Source: a virus. From it: a stretch of 64,000 bases of DNA. Made by a program: the position numbers and the translations under genes. The stretch lies in IMG/VR virus record IMGVR_UViG_2663763457_000002, one strand, 5' to 3'. The notes under the pieces are model-generated. The model was not told the origin of the DNA. It saw only the letters and a program-made list of their open reading frames with translations, and ran no database searches. This document shows, piece by piece, positions 20,173 to 29,864 of the stretch (the first letter of the stretch is position 1; the number at the start of each line of letters is the position of its first letter).

Positions 20173-20280
20173 CCGTCAGTGTGGGCGTCCGCCTTTACGT
20201 AGCGTTTGCCCACCTTATCTGTCACGCCACAATAACGCCATCAAGAAAACAACTTGTTTAAAGACATAAGGAAAAAACAC

Positions 20281-20853
20281 ATGTGCGAAAAATGCAAAAA
20301 AACTAATGCCAAAGTTGAAAGCGTGATTAAAAAAGTTGGTGCGGCCGAACTGGTTGAGATCATGGGTCTTGTGGTTGGTCACGAAGACGACGCCTCCCCT
20401 ATCGACCGCCTTTTCAGCGTTCTCAAGTTCTCAAGCATGATTGATGACCCGATTGAAATTGTGATGCTGGCGCGTCATTTCGGCAAAGCGTATCTGGAAG
20501 AGAAAGAACGCGCCGACAAACTTCAGGCAACTCTGGAAATGGTAAGCAAGCCGAAGTGCTCACCGGATTCAGTCAAGGCAGATGAAACCAACGCCAGCAA
20601 AGATCGTGAAATCGCCGGGTTGAAGTCTTCTCTGGCGATGTTGCTGGCCGCCTTCAAACTGATGTCTTCCCAGGCTGGATTCAAAATGCCTGAGCTGAAC
20701 AGCGACGATCCGATGGCCGTTCGCCAGCTGCTGGGGGCAATGGCCGACCAGCTTGACGACACCAAGAGCCGTCTTGAAGACATGATGCGCGAGCTGACCC
20801 ATCGCCACGACCTGAACAAACAGCCGCACAAAACGCAGCACGTACACCACTAA
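20281..20853 (+). CDS. Hypothetical protein (helical, N-terminal CxxC)
   Basis: RBS AAGGA; preceded by the AAACAA-N-TTGTTT element. Confidence 0.7.
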   Translation: MCEKCKKTNAKVESVIKKVGAAELVEIMGLVVGHEDDASPIDRLFSVLKFSSMIDDPIEIVMLARHFGKAYLEEKERADKLQATLEMVSKPKCSPDSVKADETNASKDREIAGLKSSLAMLLAAFKLMSSQAGFKMPELNSDDPMAVRQLLGAMADQLDDTKSRLEDMMRELTHRHDLNKQPHKTQHVHH

Positions 20854-20869
20854 TTTCTCACCTGCCGAC

Positions 20870-20892
20870 AGGGGGCGAAAGCCCCCTTTTTT
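20870..20892 (+). terminator. Intrinsic terminator
   Basis: AGGGGGC-GAAA-GCCCCCT followed by a T run. Confidence 0.8.
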
Positions 20893-20994
20893 ACGCCTTA
20901 AATCAGCTGCAACGCCTGTGAATGCTGCTTTTACGCCTTTTCAACTTTGGGAAAATAACACCAACAAGAAAACAATTTGTTTAATGGTGCAATC

Positions 20995-22680
20995 ATGAAT
21001 ACAGCCCTTTCCATCATTGACGCTATCACCCCAAACACTGATATCGACTACCGGCAGGAAATGAACGTCATTCACGAAATTGTGGCCGAGTGTGAGAAAG
21101 AGATCGCCTTCATGCATCAGGTTCACGACTTCGTTTATGGCGACGAACGCCACAACATGATTAACCGCCTGCTGCGACTCAACCACCGGCCGGATGACGA
21201 GCGCACACGCTTTAACAGAGCCTGGCTGGACAAGGTCGACCTTGAATGGGTGAAACAGAATATCTGGGCCGAGTACTGGAAGAAGGTCACGGATATGACA
21301 AACGTTCTGCTGATCATGCCAGCTTCCCGCCGCGACGAGTGGCGTGAGCAGTTCATCGAGGGCAAGCAGGAAACCATCAGGACTGACAGAACCGGCTACC
21401 AGATGAAGGTTAAGGAGTTCGTTGGCGTGCCGGAGTTCAAAGCAGAAACGGTCATCCCCACGATGCTCAATCTGCTGAATGACAGGCACAAATATCTCTC
21501 TGAGCGCGTGTATGGCTTGTTTAAGGCGCTGAGTCCTGCCCACAAGACCAACAAGACGAATGGCTTTAGCGAGCGTCTGATCATCGCCAACTGCATTTCC
21601 GAGTTCTGGCGGGACAGCGTGAGCGTGAACTACCGGAAAGAGGACTACATAGACGACCTGCGCGTCATGCTTCATTTCTTCGCGCACAAAGAGTTCATCA
21701 CCATCAACCGCACAACTGAGATGCTATCAGCTGCGTACCGGGCAAACGACTGCCAGACCGGTGACTGGATGAATGTCGACGGAAACCTGATGCGCGTGAA
21801 GATGTTCAAGAACGGCAACGTTCACTTTGAAATACATCCTGACGTGGCCTGGAAGCTGAATGAGATGCTGGCTTACAGTATGCCTGCAGCAATCCCGGCG
21901 CCATGCCGTACTGCACCCAAAACACGGGCACCAAAAGAGTTCGGGTTAATCCAGAAGACGATCTCCGAGCCGGTTCGTACCGCGCTGCGCGACGGGCGAT
22001 TCAGCAAAGACAAAGGCGTCTGGTACTTCTCTGATTCCAACCTACAGAAGTCGCAGGTGGAAGAGCTTGAGCGCACACTGAACTTCATTGGCGGCGTGCA
22101 GGAGAAAAAGCACTGGCAGTTCCCGTATGAGATCGGCCATACGCTCAATACGATTGTGGCCACCGGCTTAATACCGGATACGAAATCACACCAGTTCTAC
22201 CCTACCCCACGTTTGATAGCGGAGTACGTTGCCAGAGCCATAGAGCTGAAGCCAGGTGAGAAGCTGCTGGAGCCTGAAGCCGGGCGCGGAGATCTGCTGG
22301 CCTGCATCGACGCCAATCCGGAAGACGTTACCTGCATAGAAGTCGCACCTCTCTTCGCTGATATCCTGCTTGGCAAGGGGTACACAAATACGGTCTGCTG
22401 CGACTTCATGAAGTGGTCTGAGGACAACGCAGGTTATCAGTTCGACAAAATCGTCATGAACCCGCCCTACTCTCTGGGCCGTCACAGAGAGCATACGCTG
22501 GCCGCGCTGGAGCATCTTAAAGTCGGCGGGCGACTGGTGGCTGTACTGCCGGGTGATGCGCCAGTTCTGAACTGGATGACGCTGGATAATTTCGTTTATG
22601 CCAAAGGGAAGTCGTTTACTGACGAGTTTGAAGACACCGGAATCACTGTCAGCGTATACGTTTTCAAACGTGTAAAATGA
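20995..22680 (+). CDS. DUF4942-like domain fused to an amino-type DNA methyltransferase
   Basis: KMFKNGNVHF; C-terminal QFYPTP, LLEPEAGRG, VMNPPY, GRLVAVLP. Confidence 0.82.
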   Translation: MNTALSIIDAITPNTDIDYRQEMNVIHEIVAECEKEIAFMHQVHDFVYGDERHNMINRLLRLNHRPDDERTRFNRAWLDKVDLEWVKQNIWAEYWKKVTDMTNVLLIMPASRRDEWREQFIEGKQETIRTDRTGYQMKVKEFVGVPEFKAETVIPTMLNLLNDRHKYLSERVYGLFKALSPAHKTNKTNGFSERLIIANCISEFWRDSVSVNYRKEDYIDDLRVMLHFFAHKEFITINRTTEMLSAAYRANDCQTGDWMNVDGNLMRVKMFKNGNVHFEIHPDVAWKLNEMLAYSMPAAIPAPCRTAPKTRAPKEFGLIQKTISEPVRTALRDGRFSKDKGVWYFSDSNLQKSQVEELERTLNFIGGVQEKKHWQFPYEIGHTLNTIVATGLIPDTKSHQFYPTPRLIAEYVARAIELKPGEKLLEPEAGRGDLLACIDANPEDVTCIEVAPLFADILLGKGYTNTVCCDFMKWSEDNAGYQFDKIVMNPPYSLGRHREHTLAALEHLKVGGRLVAVLPGDAPVLNWMTLDNFVYAKGKSFTDEFEDTGITVSVYVFKRVK

Positions 22681-22738
22681 TAGGTAAATACTTACCTAAT
22701 TTATGTAAGAATAGAGCCACTTTATCAGAGGTAAACAC

Positions 22739-23428
22739 ATGAGCGAAAAATCGAGAATTACATTCGCCAGCGTTGATCAGGCGAAGCTGCCATTTAATTT
22801 AGTGCTACAGGGGAACGCAGGAGCGCCTGCCGGAACCATCAAAATCGACAAGGAGCTTGTGACGTTCGAAGGTAACTTTGATGAATCGGCACAGGTTTTT
22901 ATCGACCATCTGGCACGCCGTTGGAGCCAGCAGTGGAGAGACCTTGAGAAACGCGCCAATGAGTTTGACCGGTTCATGGACGCAATGGACACAGCAAAAG
23001 AGGCTCTGGCTGCCGGCACTCCGTTAGATCTGGAGTCGCTTTTCAAAGGAGAAATGGCCTCTGCGATGTTCGCCACCATGTTCGCAGGTGAGTTTGTCCG
23101 CAGCGGCGCCAGAAATTATCTGGAGCTTGGGTATAACGTTCCTGAAATGGGCGAGTTTACCGTCACCATCCAGCGCAAAGAAGGTAAGACGCCAGGCGAA
23201 CGTATCGCTGAACTTGAGGCCGTTGTGGATCAGCGTAACGGCGAGTGCGTCCGTTTGATTAACGAACGTGATGCGCTGCGCGAAGAGCAGCTAAACAAAG
23301 GCTCGAACACACGCGCGGCCGCAGACATCTACTTCCAGCTGGTTGAGGAATGCCAGATCCCGCCAGGCGGCTCTTTGGTCGAATACGTTCGCGAATTGCA
23401 GGAGAAAGCAGAGAGGTGCGCGGCATGA
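22739..23428 (+). CDS. Hypothetical phage protein (possibly ead/Ea22-like)
   Basis: 229-aa ORF, RBS GAGG; the family guess is weak. Confidence 0.65.
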   Translation: MSEKSRITFASVDQAKLPFNLVLQGNAGAPAGTIKIDKELVTFEGNFDESAQVFIDHLARRWSQQWRDLEKRANEFDRFMDAMDTAKEALAAGTPLDLESLFKGEMASAMFATMFAGEFVRSGARNYLELGYNVPEMGEFTVTIQRKEGKTPGERIAELEAVVDQRNGECVRLINERDALREEQLNKGSNTRAAADIYFQLVEECQIPPGGSLVEYVRELQEKAERCAA

Positions 23429-23706
23429 ATGATCTGCTTGTCGAGCGAGTCTCCGCTTTTGTTAAGTCACCGCTGGACAATCCCCTCACCCGCGGTGAGC
23501 AGATGGAGCTGGCAAGGTGGTTTCTGCATATCCATGAGCAGATGGAAGTTTTTAAACAGTTGCCGGATCTGCCCATTACAGACGGCCATGTTCAGCAGGT
23601 GATTAACAGTCACGAAAAAGGCTGGGCGATGATTGTGCCGTGCAAAATTACCTACGAGCTGGCTAAGGAAGTGCAGGCTAACAGAGCAAGGAGTAAGGAA
23701 GAGTAA
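23425..23706 (+). CDS. Hypothetical protein
   Basis: ATGA overlap with the upstream stop; RBS GAGG. Confidence 0.7.
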   Translation: MNDLLVERVSAFVKSPLDNPLTRGEQMELARWFLHIHEQMEVFKQLPDLPITDGHVQQVINSHEKGWAMIVPCKITYELAKEVQANRARSKEE

Positions 23707-23708
23707 CT

Positions 23709-24080
23709 ATGAAGTTGGGTAATGCCGTTTCGCTGTTTTTTACAGCATTACTGGAAGGTTTCAATTATCGCTTTTGTCCGGTCTGGGATAAGGCGCTGGA
23801 TACGCTTATTGAGGAAGGAACGCTGCTTGAGGTGCGAAATGGGATCGCGCTGTTTGAACGCGACGCCCAGCTATATGAAGTGTTCGTCGGGGCTGGCTTC
23901 AACCACTTCGGGCATCTTATTAGCTTGAATACCAAAGCCATCGACGAGAGCGTCATGCGCCGTCCGTCGTTCCGTGTAATGGATAAGCTGCAACGTCATG
24001 TAAATGCCGAATTACTCCGCGTAGCCAAAGAAAAAGAACGAGAGCTACAGGCGATGATTGGATCGCTTATCGCTGAGTAA
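23709..24080 (+). CDS. Hypothetical protein
   Basis: 123-aa ORF directly after the previous gene. Confidence 0.7.
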   Translation: MKLGNAVSLFFTALLEGFNYRFCPVWDKALDTLIEEGTLLEVRNGIALFERDAQLYEVFVGAGFNHFGHLISLNTKAIDESVMRRPSFRVMDKLQRHVNAELLRVAKEKERELQAMIGSLIAE

Positions 24081-24171
24081 ATGAAGGCCACTATTGTGGC
24101 CTTTAACAATTTGTTTTCTACCTTTTCTTATCTGTGAAAATAACTACATCCAGAAAACAACGGAGTTAAGA

Positions 24172-24813
24172 ATGTCCCGTATTTCCAAAGCCCATATGTT
24201 TGCCGCTGGCGCTCATGGCGGCGTTGGCCAGAAAAGAAAATATACCGGTGAAGACTACATCAACCACCCGGTTGCTGTCCGCGAGATTGTTGCCTGGCAT
24301 GGTGGGACCGTAGAGATGCAGATCGCGGCGCTTCTGCATGATGTGGTCGAAGACACTCATGTCACCATAGAGATGGTTCGTGAGCACTTCGGTGAGCGCG
24401 TAGCCGAAATGGTTCTGGCTCTGACCAACATTGCCAGACCAGAAGACGGCAATCGAATACAGCGTTTCATCATCAACGTCCGGGAGCTGCAGCAAAGCCT
24501 CGACATGCAGACGCGCATGATCAAGCTGGCTGACCTGCTGGACAATACCTCTTCTATTGTGAGTCGCGACCCTGAGTTTTCAGCCATCTACCTCGCAGAG
24601 AAAGAGCTGATGCTGGCCGTACTCTTTGACGGCAAGGAGATTGGTGCCGATGCCGGCGTTGTCGAGTACCTGGAGAAAAAAGGTATAGAGCATTCGTTGC
24701 TGATAAACGCCCGGGCGATGGTGACGAAAGGCATTGCCAGTCTGCAACCGGTACACACCAAACGTTATGAAAAATACAAAGCGCTGATCTGGAACGCGTG
24801 GGAGGCTGCATGA
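24172..24813 (+). CDS. HD-domain RelA/SpoT-type hydrolase (small alarmone hydrolase/Mesh1-like)
   Basis: AH..GQKRK..GEDYINHP, AALLHDVVEDT, FGERVAEMV..LT, IKLAD.LDN. Confidence 0.85.
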   Translation: MSRISKAHMFAAGAHGGVGQKRKYTGEDYINHPVAVREIVAWHGGTVEMQIAALLHDVVEDTHVTIEMVREHFGERVAEMVLALTNIARPEDGNRIQRFIINVRELQQSLDMQTRMIKLADLLDNTSSIVSRDPEFSAIYLAEKELMLAVLFDGKEIGADAGVVEYLEKKGIEHSLLINARAMVTKGIASLQPVHTKRYEKYKALIWNAWEAA

Positions 24814-25352
24814 AGGTTGAGAAATTAGATGTTCTTTCCTTTGTGCTGACGGATCTGGAACGTCTCGACCCGGTACGCGTAATGATTGAAAACTACGAGC
24901 CGGGCAAGGGAAGAGTCACCATCACCTGCTATGGGAAAGCGTGGACTGCTGCCTGGTTCGCGATGGGCGGTGACGATGTGCAGACGTTTATTAAGCGAGT
25001 GAGCAACGATTATTTGATTGGTTGCCTCGACCCTCAACTGCGAAGCACGGTCGACGATGACAACGATGCAAACCTGCTTTTCGTGAAGTTCGAAATCATA
25101 AAGTTACGCAGGGAGAGAGAAATCGACGCGGAACAGGCCCGCAATATGTGGGACGAGGCAGAAAGCGCTGATGACGTAAAAGAAAGTTGCTGCTGTTTCG
25201 GTGTCGGTAACGAACTGCTGAGTCTGTTTGGTGACGATCCGTGGTATGCCGGTTGGCCAACGGTGCCAAACCCCAGATACCAATACCTGGAGCGTATTGT
25301 GAACGCGGTACGTGATGGGCTGAAAGAGTTGGACAAATCAGGTAATAAGTAA
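24810..25352 (+). CDS. Hypothetical phage protein
   Basis: ATGA overlap; RBS GGAGG. Confidence 0.75.
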   Translation: MKVEKLDVLSFVLTDLERLDPVRVMIENYEPGKGRVTITCYGKAWTAAWFAMGGDDVQTFIKRVSNDYLIGCLDPQLRSTVDDDNDANLLFVKFEIIKLRREREIDAEQARNMWDEAESADDVKESCCCFGVGNELLSLFGDDPWYAGWPTVPNPRYQYLERIVNAVRDGLKELDKSGNK

Positions 25353-25360
25353 GAGGCATC

Positions 25361-25672
25361 GTGATGAGAGAGAAAATCAAGAACCCGGTCGTCGTACTGT
25401 ATAAACGTGAAACCAGTGATTCGTATGCGGTCTCCATTACTGACGGCAGCCAGAACATGCACGATGGTCTGCTGATGGCTTCCGTGTCTCCGGATGAGGC
25501 GGACAACTCTTTCGCTGTCTTCGCTATGGTCGGTTACTACATGGCTGCTGAAATCGAGGCGCTGCGCAAGCGTGTATCCGAACTGGAGACCAAAACCAGC
25601 GCCGAAGAAGCCCCAGCCCCGAGTGTGGCAATCACTTTACCTGCAAATTTGCGTACAGAGGACTTGCGATGA
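25361..25672 (+). CDS. Hypothetical protein
   Basis: 103-aa ORF, RBS GAGG. Confidence 0.7.
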   Translation: MMREKIKNPVVVLYKRETSDSYAVSITDGSQNMHDGLLMASVSPDEADNSFAVFAMVGYYMAAEIEALRKRVSELETKTSAEEAPAPSVAITLPANLRTEDLR

Positions 25673-25956
25673 CGGTTTCTCTTGTAGACAAACGACGTAG
25701 TGGACAGCGTATCCCTGGTCTTGATCTTGCTAACGGAACCTGGTTTACGATACTGGACATTCCGGGCATGGAGAGTCTGGTCAACCAGAAGCATACCAAT
25801 GACCCTCTTAATGTGACGCCAGCCAAAGCGAAAAAGATGGCTGATATTGTCGAAGCGTGGACACCACCAGATGGATGGTCGGGAGACGAGCCAGAGAAGA
25901 TGAAGCGGTATATCGTTGAGTTTTTCCGCGGCTGTAATGGATTCAGAAGCCACTAA
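25669..25956 (+). CDS. Hypothetical protein
   Basis: ATGA overlap; RBS GAGG. Confidence 0.7.
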   Translation: MTVSLVDKRRSGQRIPGLDLANGTWFTILDIPGMESLVNQKHTNDPLNVTPAKAKKMADIVEAWTPPDGWSGDEPEKMKRYIVEFFRGCNGFRSH

Positions 25957-26016
25957 GCAGAAATCAAAAAGGCCACTAGTTGTGGCCTTAAACAATTTGT
26001 TTTATAGGTGGTGAAA

Positions 26017-26220
26017 TTAATGGAATCCCAGGCGAACTAAATCCATTGGGCAGAACAGACCTTCCACACCTTCGATAGACACGCAGTCAGAACGGCGTAA
26101 TTGTTCTTCTGATTTGCCTTCTCCGCAGATTTCCTTGATGACTCCCGTTGCACCATTCGTTGCCACCATCACTCGGCTGCCGGTAGTGATAGCGTTACGG
26201 TTGCGATCATAGGTCTTCAT
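26017..26220 (-). CDS. ydfZ: YdfZ-family protein (putative selenium-binding)
   Basis: TYDRNRNAITTGSRVMV...EQLRR...PMDLVRLG closely matches enterobacterial YdfZ as I recall it; RBS AGGAGG. Confidence 0.85.
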   Translation of the reverse strand: MKTYDRNRNAITTGSRVMVATNGATGVIKEICGEGKSEEQLRRSDCVSIEGVEGLFCPMDLVRLGFH

Positions 26221-26350
26221 CGTTTCCTCCTTTCACATGGGTCAAATCAGGTTTCAAAAATTGCCGTTTTCCATGTATGTGCGATTTGCAAAATCTCAAG
26301 TGCCGAAACAAATTGTTTTCACCACCTTGTTATTCCCTTAACCCGCAAAG

Positions 26351-26393
26351 TTGACCGGTATAGCAATAAATAATACTGTTTATATATACAGTA
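26351..26393 (+). promoter_or_regulatory. SOS promoter with LexA box
   Basis: TTGACC-17-TACTGT; TACTGTTTATATATACAGTA (26374-26393) fits CTGT-N8-ACAG. Confidence 0.9.
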
Positions 26394-26407
26394 TTGAGGG
26401 CGGAAAA

Positions 26408-26674
26408 ATGGGACTCAAAGACTCAAACTATCAGATCGTCTATAGGGGCGAGACTCTTCAAAATTTCAAACCGGGGCAGTACGTATTCTTTCAACGATTG
26501 AAGGAGTATGGCGGTGGATACTGGTTAGGCAGGACTCATGAAGATGGGTTCGAGTTTTTGCTGGAAGAACCAACCTCGCTTGGAAGGGGTCTTGAGTTTC
26601 TGATAACGCACTCGAACGTGGAGGCCAGATTTATGGAGTTCGTCGACGATGCGGACGACTTCAAACTCACCTAA
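26408..26674 (+). CDS. SOS-regulated hypothetical protein
   Basis: 88 aa; RBS GAGG directly after the LexA box. Confidence 0.8.
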   Translation: MGLKDSNYQIVYRGETLQNFKPGQYVFFQRLKEYGGGYWLGRTHEDGFEFLLEEPTSLGRGLEFLITHSNVEARFMEFVDDADDFKLT

Positions 26675-26759
26675 TCATCCCTTAAACATCTTGTTTTCTG
26701 CCTTTTGTTATTTGAGATAATAACGCCAACAAGAAAACAAGTTGTTTAAGGAGTTAATC

Positions 26760-26996
26760 ATGTTCGGAACCGCAAAAGACATCATCGAAAAGCTGGAGAA
26801 CTACCCAGAAGACGAGCCGCTGCTGATGGTGATGTGGCACAAGGAAGATGTAGGTGAAGTGCGACCAGACCTGACTGACGAACAGTGCGTTCAGGTTTTG
26901 CGAAAAATCAAAGAGTGCCATGACGCCAGCGTCGGTGTGAATTGGGATGTCATTTCTGACACGGCCGACATTCTGTTTCCAAAGGAGAAGGCATGA
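26760..26996 (+). CDS. Hypothetical protein (acidic)
   Basis: RBS AAGGAG after a repeated promoter element. Confidence 0.75.
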   Translation: MFGTAKDIIEKLENYPEDEPLLMVMWHKEDVGEVRPDLTDEQCVQVLRKIKECHDASVGVNWDVISDTADILFPKEKA

Positions 26997-27313
26997 TGCT
27001 GAAAATCACCGAATCGTATAAGACGGCGGTGATCAGCACCGCCCACGTTACACAGCATGACTCTGAGTGTCTGCCTAATATCTGTTTCGACCCACTAACA
27101 GATCGTGGACTGAATTGGGTACACGGCACGGAGTACGGATGGATTGTCCGCGCAGGTATGCGTGGCAACGACTGGAAAGAAGAGCTACGTGATTACGGCG
27201 TCACATGGCAAACCATCGAGAACATTCAGAAGGTACTCGATGCCGGCTATGACGCGGTTCACTTCGATTGCGACGCCGAGCTGGTGGACGGATTACCAGC
27301 CTGGGACTGGTAG
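26993..27313 (+). CDS. Hypothetical protein
   Basis: ATGA overlap; ISTAHV and FDCDA motifs. Confidence 0.75.
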   Translation: MMLKITESYKTAVISTAHVTQHDSECLPNICFDPLTDRGLNWVHGTEYGWIVRAGMRGNDWKEELRDYGVTWQTIENIQKVLDAGYDAVHFDCDAELVDGLPAWDW

Positions 27314-27316
27314 GAG

Positions 27317-27514
27317 ATGATTATGACGACGGTTGAAGACTTGATAAATGATGTGTTGGTGAATTTAGGGAGGACGCCAGACGAGCTGCTAATAGCAACG
27401 GTTTTCGATAGTCTGCCAGACGATGTATGCCGATTGGCGAAAGAGTGGGGATGGTGTGATACAGAAGTGCGTGAAAGGGTGTACGCTGTGGCGTGGAAAA
27501 TAATCAATAATTAG
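27317..27514 (+). CDS. Hypothetical protein
   Basis: 65-aa ORF, RBS AGGAG. Confidence 0.65.
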   Translation: MIMTTVEDLINDVLVNLGRTPDELLIATVFDSLPDDVCRLAKEWGWCDTEVRERVYAVAWKIINN

Positions 27515-27546
27515 CTATCAGAAGTATGGCTTACAAGGAACCGCAA

Positions 27547-28746
27547 ATGACAGACACAGCATATTCAAAAGCTCTGCAAAAAGAGGTAGATCCGGAGCAA
27601 TATGTAGCATTGTTGGGTTTAGATGACAGCACCGTACATGCCTTTGCTCGTGAAGATGTCGTCTGTCCTATATGTGAAACTGGTGGCGGTTCCTATGTAA
27701 GAGCATCTGTAAACGGCGCTTATCGCAAAAAGGCCCATTTCAGGTTTGCGGGGGATGACGATATCAGCGCACATCACCCATCTTGTGATTTTTATGGCGA
27801 TCGGCTTTCTAATGAGGTCAGTCAACATCTTGTATCGTTCACTACGGAACGCACTAAAATCACTCATGTGATCAGAAAGATGGTGTGCGCAGGCATTCAA
27901 GAAAACATCTTCACGCAAGAGGCAATGCGCAATATGAGGCAATGGTTCTTTGCTAAACGTTGCGAGTCAGCTTTCGAAATTGTCTTGAGTGAAGAGCAAA
28001 TCGATTGGCTGGCCTATATCGTTGAGCTGCCTGTTTATCCATATGCGTGGCCCAGAGATGAAATTATACCTTTCCATCCAATGCAGGCTATCGTGCCTGG
28101 TTTCGATTGGGGTAAGGCTATTGCGAGAGAAACGGTAAGATTGCATCAAAAGACGTTGAAGCGACTGGAAGAACTAAACCTTCACCGGAAGCACATTGTA
28201 GAACTGCAAAGTTATGTCTCAAAAACCAAACATGCCACCCTTTTGGACCCTGAGCTATTGAAAGAAGAGTATGCAAAGACCCTTCAACTTAACTCTTTCA
28301 TTATCAATAACTACATAGAATTTCAGAATAAGTCGGTTAAAGACAGAGCAAATGGAGAGGAAAAGTTGCTCGCATTTTCAGCCTTGCTGTTGTTCGTTGC
28401 CGACTGGGATATCGATGAGGCAATTGCGAAGTTTTCTGTCATTGCCAATGTTCGGCACGTAGAGGATTTGCTTGCCGGTAACTTCATGGGCTTGAACCCT
28501 TATTTTAAGTTTTCAATTGCTAATACGGCCAAAGCACTACAGGACAACTGGCCGATTGATTATCGGGAACTGGAAGAATGGCAGGTCGAACAGTCTATGA
28601 GAGAGGCGTATGTAGAGCACAGTTTGAAGTTAGCGACGCCTCTGCCTCAGTTAAAGCCGGATTTATACGTGACGAAGCATTTAGAATTTGAGAGAAGAGA
28701 GGCTGAGTCAGAGCGCTGGATAGCTAGTGTTCTCTCTAATAGTTAG
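27547..28746 (+). CDS. Hypothetical protein with N-terminal zinc finger (CoiA-like N-terminus), lower GC
   Basis: CPIC...AHF...HHPSC; AT-richer codons than its neighbours. Confidence 0.75.
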   Translation: MTDTAYSKALQKEVDPEQYVALLGLDDSTVHAFAREDVVCPICETGGGSYVRASVNGAYRKKAHFRFAGDDDISAHHPSCDFYGDRLSNEVSQHLVSFTTERTKITHVIRKMVCAGIQENIFTQEAMRNMRQWFFAKRCESAFEIVLSEEQIDWLAYIVELPVYPYAWPRDEIIPFHPMQAIVPGFDWGKAIARETVRLHQKTLKRLEELNLHRKHIVELQSYVSKTKHATLLDPELLKEEYAKTLQLNSFIINNYIEFQNKSVKDRANGEEKLLAFSALLLFVADWDIDEAIAKFSVIANVRHVEDLLAGNFMGLNPYFKFSIANTAKALQDNWPIDYRELEEWQVEQSMREAYVEHSLKLATPLPQLKPDLYVTKHLEFERREAESERWIASVLSNS

Positions 28747-29159
28747 GGCGTTTATCTGAGTAAAACGCAACCCGTTGACATTGGCGGTCACAAATTGAGG
28801 ATTTCTATAAGAGTCCGTTGATCGCCACTTTCCCCACCCCTCCAACCTGCCCCAGCCCAGGCGTGACAAGGCATTTAAGCCAATTACACCCATAAGAAAA
28901 CAAATAAATAAAACATCAACGAAAAGTCAACGCTTTCCCCTGATTTGGTCTAAAAAGTTGATGTTTTCGCACGCCATCTCTTATACCCAAATTCCTGCGC
29001 ACCAGAATCCATCTCCCTGCGACCAAAACGTCAAAAACGACTCGTGATACCACCCAAAAGCAGACACGCTCAGAAGCGCTCCCGTTGCGTTATGTTGGAC
29101 ATCTAAACAAGTTGTTTTCAGGCACAAGAAAACAAGTTAACCACACCCACAGGAAACCC

Positions 29160-29680
29160 AGAGACGCCATTACCCACAATCCCGGAAACACCCACCTCTT
29201 CCTGTCAGGCTACCGAAAAGACCCACCTCTTTGCCCCAGGCTACAGACCACCCACCTAATCTTCCCAGGCAACCGAGAACGCAGCTCGCGCACGCAAATC
29301 CCGACACGCCATTACCCAATACACGGAGAAGAACAGCCAGAACGAAACCCCGGACAAACCCAGACCAGAACAGGAACCGTCGCAATCTCCTTTACCCACC
29401 ATTACCCCGAAAGAGAACGCAAATTCCTGAATAGCAGGGAACGCCATTACTTCACATGCGGAGAACAACTAAAGCGCCCTACTGCCATTACCCACACTTC
29501 CACCATTTCACGTAAACGAAGAGAAAAGCACACCTGCCATTACTCCATACACGGAGAAGCACACTCCCCAAAACGACGAGAGCAACCCAGATGAAAACAC
29601 AGAGAAGAACCACCTCAAGAACAACGAAACCACATACGCCGGTAGAGAGAACAAACCGCCCATTTCACCCAAAGGAATAC
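29160..29680 (+). repeat. Degenerate repeat tract (CCATTAC...GGAGAA units and three ~30-bp ACCCACCT...CAGGC units)
   Basis: About 8 CCATT(A/T)C-initiated units; tandem units at 29190, 29221 and 29250. Confidence 0.7.
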
Positions 29681-29864
29681 TCGCCGTACAGAGCGTTATC
29701 AGGGGGAAGGTATATGCCCCCATAAGAGGGGAAATCCGCAGAGATTTAACTGGAGGTATAAGTGGGAAGGGGAAGAGGGGTATCGCTACTTTCTCCGTAG
29801 AAATTCAAGCCATAGTTTTCATCCCCCGTAACGTCCCTTCCCACCCCTTCGGTCAGCCTTCGGG

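Noticed and set aside
29085..29594. 169-aa + strand ORF, and the 29883-30083 ORF
   Set aside because: Low-complexity translation of a repeat tract, weak start context, no motifs.
29160..29680. Possible CRISPR array
   Set aside because: The repeats are short, degenerate and irregularly spaced, with no constant repeat-spacer structure and no cas genes.
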